This document shows positions 26,636 through 36,740 of a stretch of 64,000 nt of DNA, piece by piece. The position numbers and the translations under genes are program-made. The notes beneath the pieces were generated by a model that searched no databases, was not told the DNA's origin, and saw only the letters and a program-made list of their open reading frames with translations. The stretch lies in assembly GCF_044704955.1 (NCBI RefSeq), contig NC_091979.1, positions 319,300,001 through 319,364,000 of the forward strand, given 5' to 3'. Every line of letters begins with the position of its first letter. Position 1 is the stretch's first letter. The DNA comes from Pristiophorus japonicus (lineage: Eukaryota).

Positions 26636-29537
26636 ATATGAGTTTGTTTATCAGATGTTGCAAGCAAAAGGTCATCAACATACTGCAGCAGACAGTCAGG
26701 TCTCAAAAAAGGGTTTAAGTACCTGAGCCATCCGTTTGTGGAATATAGTCGGGGCGTTGTGAAAGCCTTGAGGCAAACATGTCCTTCATGTTCCTTTGAT
26801 CTTCAAAGGTGAAAGCAAACTTGTTCTGATCCCTTCCCTTGACAGGGATACTCCAGAACCTGGTTGAAATATCAAAGGTGGAGACGTAGCAGCGACCCGG
26901 GGGAATTTGGGACAGGAGAATGTGGTCTCCCGATCAACAGGGGCACAAGCTGGAGTAACCGAATTAAGCTTGCGATAATCAATTGTTAAACGGCAACTAT
27001 CGTCTAGTTTCCTAACTGGCCAAGTTGGAGAATTAGTAGTAAAAGTGCCAGTGTGAATAACGACCCAATAGTAGACCCAACATAAGGTTTCCTCTCAGCT
27101 GGAATAGCATACTGCTTAACAGGAGGGTGGGAGGGCCCAATAATCTTCTCCTCCCCTGACATTCTACCACAATCGTGTCTGGATTTAGCAAAAACATCTG
27201 AAAATTTACACTCAGCAAATCAACCCCGGGGTCTTCAGTCCAGGGAAGGGTGAAGTTCTCGGGTTTTTTAATCGTATGTACCAAATGGGCATCCGAACAG
27301 GCCTCGGTGGTCCCTCACTAAAGTGCCACCATAAACAATAGTCGAGAACAGCGTGGTGTGTACGTAATGTGTCACTCCCGAGAATTCCTTTCTGGTCATA
27401 AGTAGTCAGATAAACGGCAGAGCGAACATTAACGGAATCCCCATTGATAGATAGGACAATAGGAATTAACCCCTGATTAGCCACCCGCGTAGCAGCATTA
27501 AAACCAGAAAGATTCAGAGCAAGACCTGAATGGGGCAGGGTCGTGTAAAATAGTCATGGCAGAGCCGGAGTCCATGAGCATGACATGGTGGCGGCCTTCA
27601 TGATCAATAGTTGGTCTGAAGGGTCTCGCATCCTCCTCATACCAAATGGGAGAGGAGGAGGAGTTGGTCACTGGTGAGGTTGGTGACCGTCACAGTGTTT
27701 GGGAAGGGGTGGATAGTTCTGGCCATGTACCCCCACTACGGGAGACAGCTGCCACAGTTTGCCCCCCATTTGATTGTGTTGCATGGTCTCTACCATTGCC
27801 GACAAGCACTCCAGTTTCTGTAGCATCTATCTTGAATCCAGTCTGCTATCGTCCTGACCTGGAGAATGGTAACGCGGCCCATAATTTGAGCGTCGACTAC
27901 CTCGACATTCTCGAGAAATGTGACCGGTTTTTTTTACAGTGAAAGCAAGTCACATCGCGTCTGTCCCTCTCATTGGGAGAGCCCTGTGGTGGTTGGGGAT
28001 CTGGGTTTAGGGGACCCTCCACCGCTGAAACTCGAGCTTGAGGTCGAAGGGACTTGCTCGGTCCAGGCTTGAATACAGACTCCCATCAAGTCCACCCACG
28101 GGGTCCGTTTATGAACTGCTATTCCCAGAGCATCTCTTATCCCAGGCAAAAAACCGTTCAGAAACTTCAGTTTGAATTTCTTAGCTTCATTTGCATCTTG
28201 ATATCATTGGGCCTTTTCGTATTAGCCATATAACCGAGAACGAAAGGAAATAGGGCGCTCATCTGGTGAGCGCATCCCATCAGCTGGTTAAAGTCAATTG
28301 AATCCATACCCAGTCGGACGGACACTGCCTCCAACACATACCACCAATCTCTGTCTGAATCATACACATCCTGGGGGAGCACATCCCAAAGGTCCTCGGA
28401 GACACATCACAACAAAACCTGTTTTAAATCTGCCGTCTCTAATTCAGGATGGCTACGGCGGAACCTGCCCCAGTTACGGGTCAGGGTGATCGGATTCATC
28501 CCCAAGATGACGGGTCCCATCGATTCTACGAGTGCCTTTAATTCATCCGGTTTCAGACTTCTGCTAGTAGTGGTGACGCTTTCTCTCGGGGGTTGGTCAT
28601 ATGTCCCGGAGACCTCAGAATTAGTGTCAAACTCATCTTCATTATCTGCCTGGGCTGTTGTAATAGTGGTAGTGATCAGATTAACCTTCTTTGTCTCTGC
28701 CGGGGTGTTCCCTCCTGGATAAGGGGGAGGGGGCGTGAGGGTCGGGGGCTGTCCTGACAATAAGAATCTTTGTGGGATTATTTCTGTTTAGTCAGGCCTT
28801 CCGGGTTAACATTGGGGTCTCCCAGTTTAGAGCGAGTGATGGCTGCCACAACAGCTGATTGCTTTCCCAGTTTCCCCTGCAATTCTAGTATTTTTAATTC
28901 ACACTGGGAGTGACCAATGCCCACCGGAGGGGGGCTTACAAGATACTCTCTGAGAACTCCTCTTGAGTTCCTCAGTTGTGAGGACAAGAGTTTAACCTTG
29001 GATTTTAAAGACTGGTTTTGCTCAAAGGCCTGCTGATGACGTTGTGAAGCCAGTCGGGCTTCCTCTCCTCATGTCGAAGGAAAGAACAGACATTAGCATA
29101 TCGATCCTGCCAGTCCTGTCATTTTTTTTCAAGTGAAGTATTTTGTTCTAAGCGCTCGAGTTCTTTCGAGCGGACGGCACACAAGTGGGCCATATTGGGC
29201 TGTATATGACTAGCTTCTTTAAGCTTAATCTTCTTCTCATTCACTTGGGATGCTATCCCATCCCAGTGCTTGGAGTAACTACACCCCTCCTCTTGGACCA
29301 CTCTAATAACCTCTTTGGCCCTCTGGACCCCGAATTTCTCGGAGAGACTGCTCATGATTTTATGTCTACAATGAGCATCCGTGATTTGTTTTTTGGTTTC
29401 CGTGACGAAGCACACCCCCATACGGGGTTTCCTACCCAGTCGTTCCACCTGATACCCTTTATGACATTTTAGAGCAAGTCTGTCTCCAACTCGTTTCTCC
29501 ACAATAACCTTTTTACAGTCCTGCCCCCGAAGCCAAT

Positions 29538-31175
29538 TGGTTGGAAATAGCCAAGTTTAAGGCTATCTCTGGTCCCTTTAATAATCAGGATCAACGGTAA
29601 AACCAATCTGGTGGATACATTATATTTAATCAGAGTTTAAGACAGAATATAACATATTAGTTATAGAGCAAAAACATACAACCGTAACAGGTAGTTGATA
29701 CCGATTCCGATCGGACAAAAGGCTGATACAAGTGAGCAGTACTCTGGCTTGCAGTCTCTTTCTCTCGTCTAGATCTTCCTTCGGTAAAGCATGGGATCTT
29801 TCTCGAAAAGTGTTCAATCAGCTAAATTTCTGTTTCGCCCTTCCCTCACACCATCTATACCATCATTCTTCAGGAAGCTACTTTTATTCTATTTTTAGGA
29901 GTGGGCCTGACCCTGGATATTGACAAGACCGTTTGACCTTTCGAGGTGCCCCTAAAAACTTACTATCCAATAAGCTTTCTAGTTCTTTGTCTCAATTCTT
30001 GTTTCAACAACCCGCCTTAAAGATGTCTTACAATTTTGGTCACATTTCACTATTTATATCTTATCGAAGTAGCTTTTCTGTGGAATTCCTTTGATACCTC
30101 TCTGTCTCTATTCTCCCAGGAACAATCACTACACAGCCTTATTCCTCTACTCTTTGAACTATGAAGCTGATGTGGAGTATTACAAAGATGCTCAACACAA
30201 GTCTGTTTTGGAGAAAAGATTTGTTTATTAAGTACTCGATCGAGAGAAAGACAGCTTCTGCACGAGTTCAGTAACTCAGTGATCCAAACTAGCTGTTCTC
30301 CTCGAACAAGCGTCAGGTTACTATTTTTATAGTAACAGTCAAAATACATACAAAATTATGAAGTTCCGTGTGGAAGCTTTCCATTTGTTGTTTCCCTGCC
30401 GCATCACAAAGTTTCGCCTAACTTTATGATTGCAAATATTAATTAGTTAATACAATTATATTGACAGCAAGCTTCGTTACCTCCCCTGTGCGCCTTTTAT
30501 CTGATAAGTTACGTGCTACATCATTCTCAGGTCTGCGCCTCTTGGCTGATCTGCTCTCAACCAGTTGAGATTTTTCTCAATCCGCCTTTGTTTCCCGTAA
30601 TCATTTATCACCTCATGTGACCTAACCTTGGCCCAACTGTCTGGGTTATACTGTGATAAGGTGATTTATCTTCCGAAGAGTTGGAGTTTTAACATTTTCC
30701 CTGTGTTTCGGAGCACGTATTTCTTTTGTTTCTGACAGCCTTTGTTTTTGGTTGTTAACGTTACTTAATTAGGTCCCCTTTGATTAATTAGGTTCCCTCT
30801 ACTTCATTTTTTTTCTACAGAAGCAAAACCAGAAAACTGCTCACCCCAGAGTGTTACCTCTTTTACGACATAGCAACATGTTTACCGTAACTCTACAAAC
30901 TTCCTTTCATTATCTACGCCAGCAGTTTTGTTCAGGTAACTTTAAACCCTACCCGTTGCATTATACATAAAATACATCAACAAGTATTTAAATTGCCTAG
31001 CATCAGGGAGATTGTAAATAGTACAAAAAACTATACCCTCCATTTCTAAGCATTTCTCTGATTCGAATAGATATTCCGTCTGCAGTTCAAAACAACGATT
31101 TAAACATAATATTCTTATCCGTTTTACACATTCGTGACAGTTTTATGCATTTTTAGGAATCCCTGATTTCGAAAA
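29538..31175 (-). repeat. Putative 5' LTR of the ERV (~1.64 kb)
   Basis: 31065-31175 and 29626-29700 both match the 3' LTR remnant; followed by TGGCTTCGGGGGCAGGAC, a degenerate tRNA-Ser-like PBS at 29518-29535. Confidence 0.65.
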
Positions 31176-32003
31176 AGTGCTGACAATCAGATGCCCCTCA
31201 CAACCAACAGTAATACAATAACTCATTGATAGTCTATATGTTACAAGCAGTAATAGGTGTAATGTCTCTCTATCCTACGTGTAACTAGCAGTAATACTTT
31301 AACCCACTGATACTCACCCTGAAACCATACCCAGAATCCCCCTGCACTGCACCAGGTGAGGTCAGGCTCCCCAGTTGAAGCCACATTTAACAGGCCCCAT
31401 CTCTCTCTCTATCTCCTTGGAATCTGATTTGGTCTCCGGTTCCGTGTGAAGGTGACAATTCTGAACTGGGAACCTCAGTCTGAGCTGATCTGTATTTGGA
31501 CTTCACACGTCAAACCCGGCCGGCACAGACCCACCTGAACCAATCCGAGAGATTGCGCAAAGGGCAGTGAGCTCAGTGTTTGGGGCACTTCTCACAGGGA
31601 ACATTGTCCTAAACTCAGCTCAGCACCAACATTTCTAAACCATTCCATGTGTTCGGTCTCAATAAAGGAGGGTTTTCATAGAATTATAGAAATGACTACA
31701 CAGGAGGAGACCATTCGGCCTCGGAGCTCGCACTCTCTTCTGTAATCCCATTCCCCCCAGATCTTATAACATTCTTCCTTTTCAAATATTTATCACGTTC
31801 CCTTTAGGTTTTAGAATCCTTGGTTTCTGTTCCATAGTTCCCCATTCGCCCACCACTGGAAATAATCTTTCACTATTTACCCACAGTAAGGTCCCCAGGT
31901 TTCACTCACCCCTTTACTGGCTGCTCCTCTCTCAGTGTCACTCCCACTCACCACGTTGCTGCTGCTCCCGGCTCTGGGGGAAATACTGGAACCCACACCC
32001 ACT

Positions 32004-32783
32004 CCATTCCCCAGTCTCCCTCTCCCCGAGCCCCCATTCCCCAGTCTCTCTCTCCCCGAGCCCCCATTCCCCAGTCTCTCTCTCCCCGAGCCCCCATTCC
32101 CAAGTCTCCCAGTCCCCAAGCCCCCATTCCCCAGTCTCCCTCTCCCAGAGCCCCCATTCCCCAGTCTCCCTCTCTCCCCGAGCCCCCATTCCCCAGTCTC
32201 TCTCTCCACGAGGCCCCATTCCCAAGTCTCCCTCTCCCCAAGCCCTCATTCCCCAGTCTCCCGCTCCCCGAGCCCCCATTCCCCAGTCTCTCTCTCCCCG
32301 AGGCCCCATTCCCAAGTCTCCCTCTCCCCAAGCCCTCATTCCCCAGTCTCTCTCTCCCCGAGCCCCCATTCCCAAGTCTCCCAGTCCCCAAGCCCCCATT
32401 CCCCAGTCTCCCGCTCCCTGAGCCCCCATTCCCCAGTCACCGTCTCCCTGAACCCCCATTCCCCAGTCTCCCTCTCCCCAAGCTCCCATTCCTCAGTCTC
32501 CCACTCTCCCCAAGCCCCCATTCCCCAGTCTCCCTCGCCCGGAGCCCCCATTCCCAGTCTCCCTCTTCCCAAGCCCCCATTCCCCAGTCTCTCCCTCTCT
32601 CCCCGAGCCCCCATTCCCCAGTCTCCCTCTCCCCCACCCCCCATTCCCCAGTCTCCCTCTCCACGAGCCCCCATTCCCCAGTCTCCCTCTCCCTGAGCCC
32701 CCATTCCCCAGTCTCTCTCTCCCCAAGCCCCCATTCCCAGTCTCCCTCTCTCCCCCAGCCCCCATTCCCAGTCTCCCTCTCCT
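32004..32783. repeat. ~30-bp purine/pyrimidine-skewed minisatellite, array A
   Basis: Unit ccccattccccagtctccctctccccgagc. Confidence 0.95.
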
Positions 32784-33107
32784 CCGGCCACCATACATAG
32801 AATCATAGAATGGTTGCAGCACGGAAGACGACCATTTGGCCATCCAGCCCGTGCCGAATTAGACATATCTCATTTACATTAAACACCAAAAGACCCAACT
32901 GGAGATTTCTATCCAATCACCAAAAAGAAAATATCCCCAAACCCACTCAATGATAGATACGTTACCGATTACTATTAACACTGGCAGCAGCCAGTGACAA
33001 TCAAACGAAATGAAGATGCAGAATCGTGGATTGCTTCTGAATGAACCCTCCTTGCGACACAGCAAGTCCAGATTCTAGTCCCAGTGAACTTCACTTCGGG
33101 ATCAGCC

Positions 33108-34175
33108 TCAGGCTTGGGCTGGTGAGTTTGGGGATAATTCTCTTCGTTCAGCAGGGTTCGCTGGGCTGTAACCAGATGTCTCCTCTCCTCCTCTCCTCTT
33201 CCACACAACCGCACCGATCACAAGAACAATCAGGGCGACGGCAGCAATCACAATTCCAACAATCAAACCCCTATTTGTTCCCTCTGGCGATCCTGGAGTC
33301 ACTCGGAACGTCCCGTCCCAGTCTCGGGTCTTCCCTCCTTCTTGGCCGCTCTGCTCATACTGACAGGAATAGGTGGCTCCATCCGCGGGCTCGATCTGAG
33401 CCCATGTCGTGAGCTGGTAGGTGCCATCGTGGTTGGGCAGGATGCCCGTGGATTCCGTGTCCCTGATTGGCTCGCCATTTCTCAGGAGGGTCACTTGGAT
33501 TTCGCGAGGGTAAAAACCTGTGAGGAGACAGGAGAGTTGGGGGGCTTTAATATTTGACGCCTTGTCCACAGAAGGAAACACTTGAGGAGCAACAGCTCCC
33601 AGTTCTCTCTCTCCAGCCTTCAGGTATTTCTTCAGCCACTCGATGCACTCCTGCTCCAGGTAACTTTTGTCCTGCTGCATTTCGGCCCTGTCCTGGTCCC
33701 ACTTGTTCTTGGTGATCTCTCCCCACGGTACCGGGGTGACCCACACCAGGCGATCCTTGTCGAAGCTGATCAGGTCCTTCCCGTCCCAGCCGTACTGCCA
33801 GAAGCCGCTGGTGGTGCCGTCATCCCGCAGCTCACAGCCGCACAACCTCTGCAGCGTGTGGATCCCGCCGGTCTGGTTGGTGCGGGTTAAGACGGTCTGA
33901 ATGTTGCCTTTCATCACCTGCTCCTTGCCCCGCAGGATCTGTGTGTAGCGCTCCCAGTACTCGGCGCCCTCGCTCTCCCTGATCCACCGCTGCCGCGGGG
34001 TGTACTGCCGGCTCACACTGTCATAGTAAATAAACTGCTGGTCATCCACATAACCCACATCGGTGAACTCAGCAATGCCCGGGAGCGGAGTGATAGCCGT
34101 GTGCATGTACCGTAGGGAGTGAGAGCCTGCACACACCTCTCCACACAGAAGGGCCAGCACGGTCAGTCCAAACAT
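33108..34175 (-). CDS. MHC class I heavy chain, single-exon, UAA (classical)-like, 355 aa
   Basis: Leader MFGLTVLALLCGEVCA; alpha1 GSHSLRY..GYVDD..YWERYTQ..RTNQT; alpha2 GCE..YGWDGKD..TKNKW..YLEQECIEWLKKY; alpha3 SCLLTGFYP..PNHDGTYQ..YSC; TM GLIVGIVIAAVALIVLVIGAVVW; tail with GYSPA; no stops; aacaATG context. Confidence 0.95.
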   Translation of the reverse strand: MFGLTVLALLCGEVCAGSHSLRYMHTAITPLPGIAEFTDVGYVDDQQFIYYDSVSRQYTPRQRWIRESEGAEYWERYTQILRGKEQVMKGNIQTVLTRTNQTGGIHTLQRLCGCELRDDGTTSGFWQYGWDGKDLISFDKDRLVWVTPVPWGEITKNKWDQDRAEMQQDKSYLEQECIEWLKKYLKAGERELGAVAPQVFPSVDKASNIKAPQLSCLLTGFYPREIQVTLLRNGEPIRDTESTGILPNHDGTYQLTTWAQIEPADGATYSCQYEQSGQEGGKTRDWDGTFRVTPGSPEGTNRGLIVGIVIAAVALIVLVIGAVVWKRRGGEETSGYSPANPAERRELSPNSPAQA

Positions 34176-34272
34176 TGTTACTTCCCTCGACAGGCTGGGA
34201 TGAGCAGTTTGCAGGCAATCCTTTTCCGAGAGACCGTCCGTGAGCTGCGCCCAATTCAGACCGTGTGATTCC

Positions 34273-35126
34273 TGTGCCCAGTGCCGATACTGTGTCTCTG
34301 GGACTGTCTCTCTGTGCCCAGTGCCGATACTGTGTCTCTGGGACTGTCTCTCTGTGCCCTGTGCTGATACTGTGTCTCCGGGACTGTCTCTCTGTGCCCT
34401 GTGCTGATACTGTGTCTCTGGGACGGTCTCTGTGCCCTGTGCTGATACTCTGTCTCTGGGACTGTTTCTCTGTGCCCTGTGCTGATACTGTGTCTCTGGG
34501 ACTGTCTCTGTGCCCTGTGCTGATACTGTGTCTCACTGTGTCTCTGGGACTGTCTCTGTGCCCTGTGCTGATACTGTGTCTCTGGGACTGTCTCTGTGCC
34601 CTGTGCTGATACTGTGTCTCTGGGACTGTCTCTCTGTGCCCTGTGCTGATACTGTGTCTCTGGGACTGTCTCTCTGTGCCCTGTGCTGATACTGTGTCTC
34701 TGGGACTGTCTCTCTGTGCCCTGTGCTGATATTGTGTCTCTGGGACTGTCTCTGTGCCCTGTGCTGATACAGTGTCTCTGGGACTGTTTCTCTGTGCCCT
34801 GTGCTGATACTGTGTCTCTGGGACTGTCTCTCTGTGCCCTGTGCTGATACTGTGTCTCTGGGACTGTCTCTGTGCCCTGTGCTGATACTGTGTCTCACTG
34901 TGTCTCTGGGACTGTCTCTCTGTGCCCTGTGCTGATACTGTGTCTCTGGGACTGTCTCTGTGCCCTGTGCTGATACTGTGTCTCTGAGACTGTCTCTGTG
35001 CCCTGTGCTGATACTGTGTCTCTGGGACTGTCTCTCTGTGCCCTGTGCTGATACTGTGTCTCTGAGACTGTCTCTGTGCCCTGTGCTGATACTGTGTCTC
35101 TGGGACTGTCTCTGTGCCCTGTGCTG
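34273..35126. repeat. 38/40-bp minisatellite (~22 units) between the MHC I promoter and ATG
   Basis: Unit tgtgccctgtgctgatactgtgtctctgggactgtctc(tc). Confidence 0.95.
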
Positions 35127-35154
35127 TCTGTTCTTGCGCTTTGCCCAGTGCAGA

Positions 35155-35240
35155 GTGTTTTACACTCAGACTCCTCCGGACTGATTGGTTCGAGGGTATA
35201 TTTGTCTCCAATTACAATAAAAACAGGCTGTGAGTCAATA
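35155..35240 (-). promoter_or_regulatory. Proximal promoter elements (AP-1 TGACTCA, CCAAT, weak TATA-like tgtaaaa)
   Basis: tgagtca ~35232-35238; ctgattgg 35181-35188; ttttaca ~35157-35163 on the plus strand. Confidence 0.4.
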
Positions 35241-35311
35241 GGCTCCGAGTAGAAAAGACACGGGGAGAGTTTGTGTTGGTGCCGAAATAAACTTTCCAAA
35301 CATTGAACTAT

Positions 35312-35353
35312 CCAATCAGACAAATACTGCGAGCTGCATCATCAGTTGCCGGG
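35312..35353 (-). promoter_or_regulatory. MHC X1-X2-Y promoter module
   Basis: Minus strand CCCGGCAACTGATG (X1-like), TGATGCA (X2-like), 20-bp spacer, CTGATTGG (Y), facing the class I ORF. Confidence 0.72.
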
Positions 35354-35479
35354 TAGGTTAAAGATAATCTCCGCATCTCCCGGTCCCGAGTTCTCCCACC
35401 ACCCTCCAAACCCAACTTCCCGACTCCCAACCCCCCGAAAGCTCTGCCCACCCCCGGCAGCTCGATCTCCTGAGGGGTT

Positions 35480-35700
35480 CAAGGGATCTGCTGGGAGGGG
35501 GCTGAAGGGATCTGCTGGGAGGGGCTGAAGGGATCTGCAGGGAGGGGACTGAAGGGATCTGCTGGGAGGGGCTGAAGGGATCGGCTGGGAGGGGCTGAAG
35601 GGATCTGCAGGGAGGGGACTGACGGGATCTGCTGGGAGGGGGCTGAAGGGATCTGCAGGGAAGGGACTGAAAGGATCTGCTGGGAGGGGGCTGAAGGGAG
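35480..35700. repeat. ~24-bp tandem repeat
   Basis: Unit gaagggatctgc(t/a)gggagggg(g/a)ct, ~9 copies. Confidence 0.9.
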
Positions 35701-35856
35701 TTGCTGTGGTGTGTGAGAGAAGGCCAGGGCTGGAGAGGCCCAGTGACCTTGTCTGGAGCCCAGGGATCAGTCCAGCTCCTCCAGGCCCCCACAGAATAAA
35801 TTACACTCAACCTGGCCTCTTCTACCTCCCGCCTGGCCTCACCATGATCCTCCCTG

Positions 35857-36375
35857 ACCCATTCCCCAGTCTCTCTCTCTCCCCGAGCCCCCATTCCCCC
35901 TCTCCCCGAGCCCCCATTCCCCAGTCTCCATCTCCCCGAGGCCCCATTCCCCAGTCTTCCTCTCCCCGAGCCCCCATTCCCCAATCTCTTTCTCCCCGAG
36001 CCCCCATTCCCCAGTCTCCCTCTCCCCGAGCTCCCATTCCCCAGTCTCGCTCTCCCTGAGCCCCCATTCCCCAGTTTCCCTCTCCCCAAGCCTCCATTCC
36101 CCAGTCTCCCTCTCCCCGAGCCCCCATTCCCCAGTTTCCCTCTCCCCAAGCCCCCATTCCCCAGTCTCCCTCTCCCCAAGCCCCCATTCCCCAGTCTCCC
36201 TCTCCCCGAGCTCCCATTCCCCAGTCTCCCTCTCCCCAAGCCTCCATTCCCCATTCTCACTCTCCCCAAGTCCCCATTCCCCAGTCTCCCTCTCCCCGAG
36301 GCCCCATTCCCCAGTCTCCCTCTCCCCGAGCCCCCATTCCCCAGTCTCCCATTCCCCGAGCCCTCTTTCCCCAGT
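35857..36375. repeat. ~30-bp minisatellite, array B (same family and orientation as array A)
   Basis: Unit cccccattccccagtctccctctccccgag. Confidence 0.95.
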
Positions 36376-36740
36376 GTTAAGGGATGATCTATTTGAGATG
36401 TTTGATATGATTAAAGGATTTGATCGGGTAGATCGAGAGAAACGATTTCCTCTGGTGGGGGAGGCCAGAACAAGGGGGCATGAAATAGAAATTTGAGCTC
36501 AGCCATTCAGGGGTGATGTCAGACAGCACTTCTTCACACAAAGGGTACTGGAAATCTGGAACTATCTCCCCCAATAAGCTGTCGAGGTTAGGCCAAATAA
36601 AAATGTCAAAACTGAGATGATAGAATTTTGTTAGGCAAGGGTATTAAGGGTTACAGAACCAGGGTGGGTAGATGGAGTTGTGATACAGTTCAACCATGAT
36701 AAATTAAATGGTGGAACATGTTCCTATGTTCCTACCTATG
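36376..36740 (+). mobile_element. Old CR1 3' fragment
   Basis: agggatgatctatttgag...ttcttcacacaaagggt...ttcctatgttcct tail. Confidence 0.75.

Larger units (their letters stand above)
22565..31175 (-). mobile_element. Degenerate endogenous retrovirus (LTR-gag-pro-RT-tether-RNase H-IN-LTR), spuma/loki-like RT
   Basis: Gag PPPPY (~28720) and frameshifted CFHCKKTGHISREC knuckle (~27905-27950); protease LMDSGS; RT RLTIDYRKLN, DISTRFWSIP, LPQGFHNAPTIF, LLQYVDDLLLA; RNase H VYIDGSS; IN VVVDTFTKW...PQSSGMVER; PPT aaggaggggaa before the 3' LTR. Confidence 0.88.

Noticed and set aside
31877-32866. Gly/Trp-rich and Pro/Ser-rich ORFs
   Set aside because: Translations of minisatellite array A
32790-33107. 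Poly(A) tail or AATAAA expected of a processed copy
   Set aside because: None visible downstream of the stop codon, so retroposition hallmarks are not claimed
34530-34905. CACAGTG heptamers upstream of the class I gene
   Set aside because: Occasional repeat variants with no nonamer at 12/23-bp spacing
34069-35211. 380-aa ORF overlapping the class I start
   Set aside because: Translation of the 38/40-bp minisatellite, out of frame with class I
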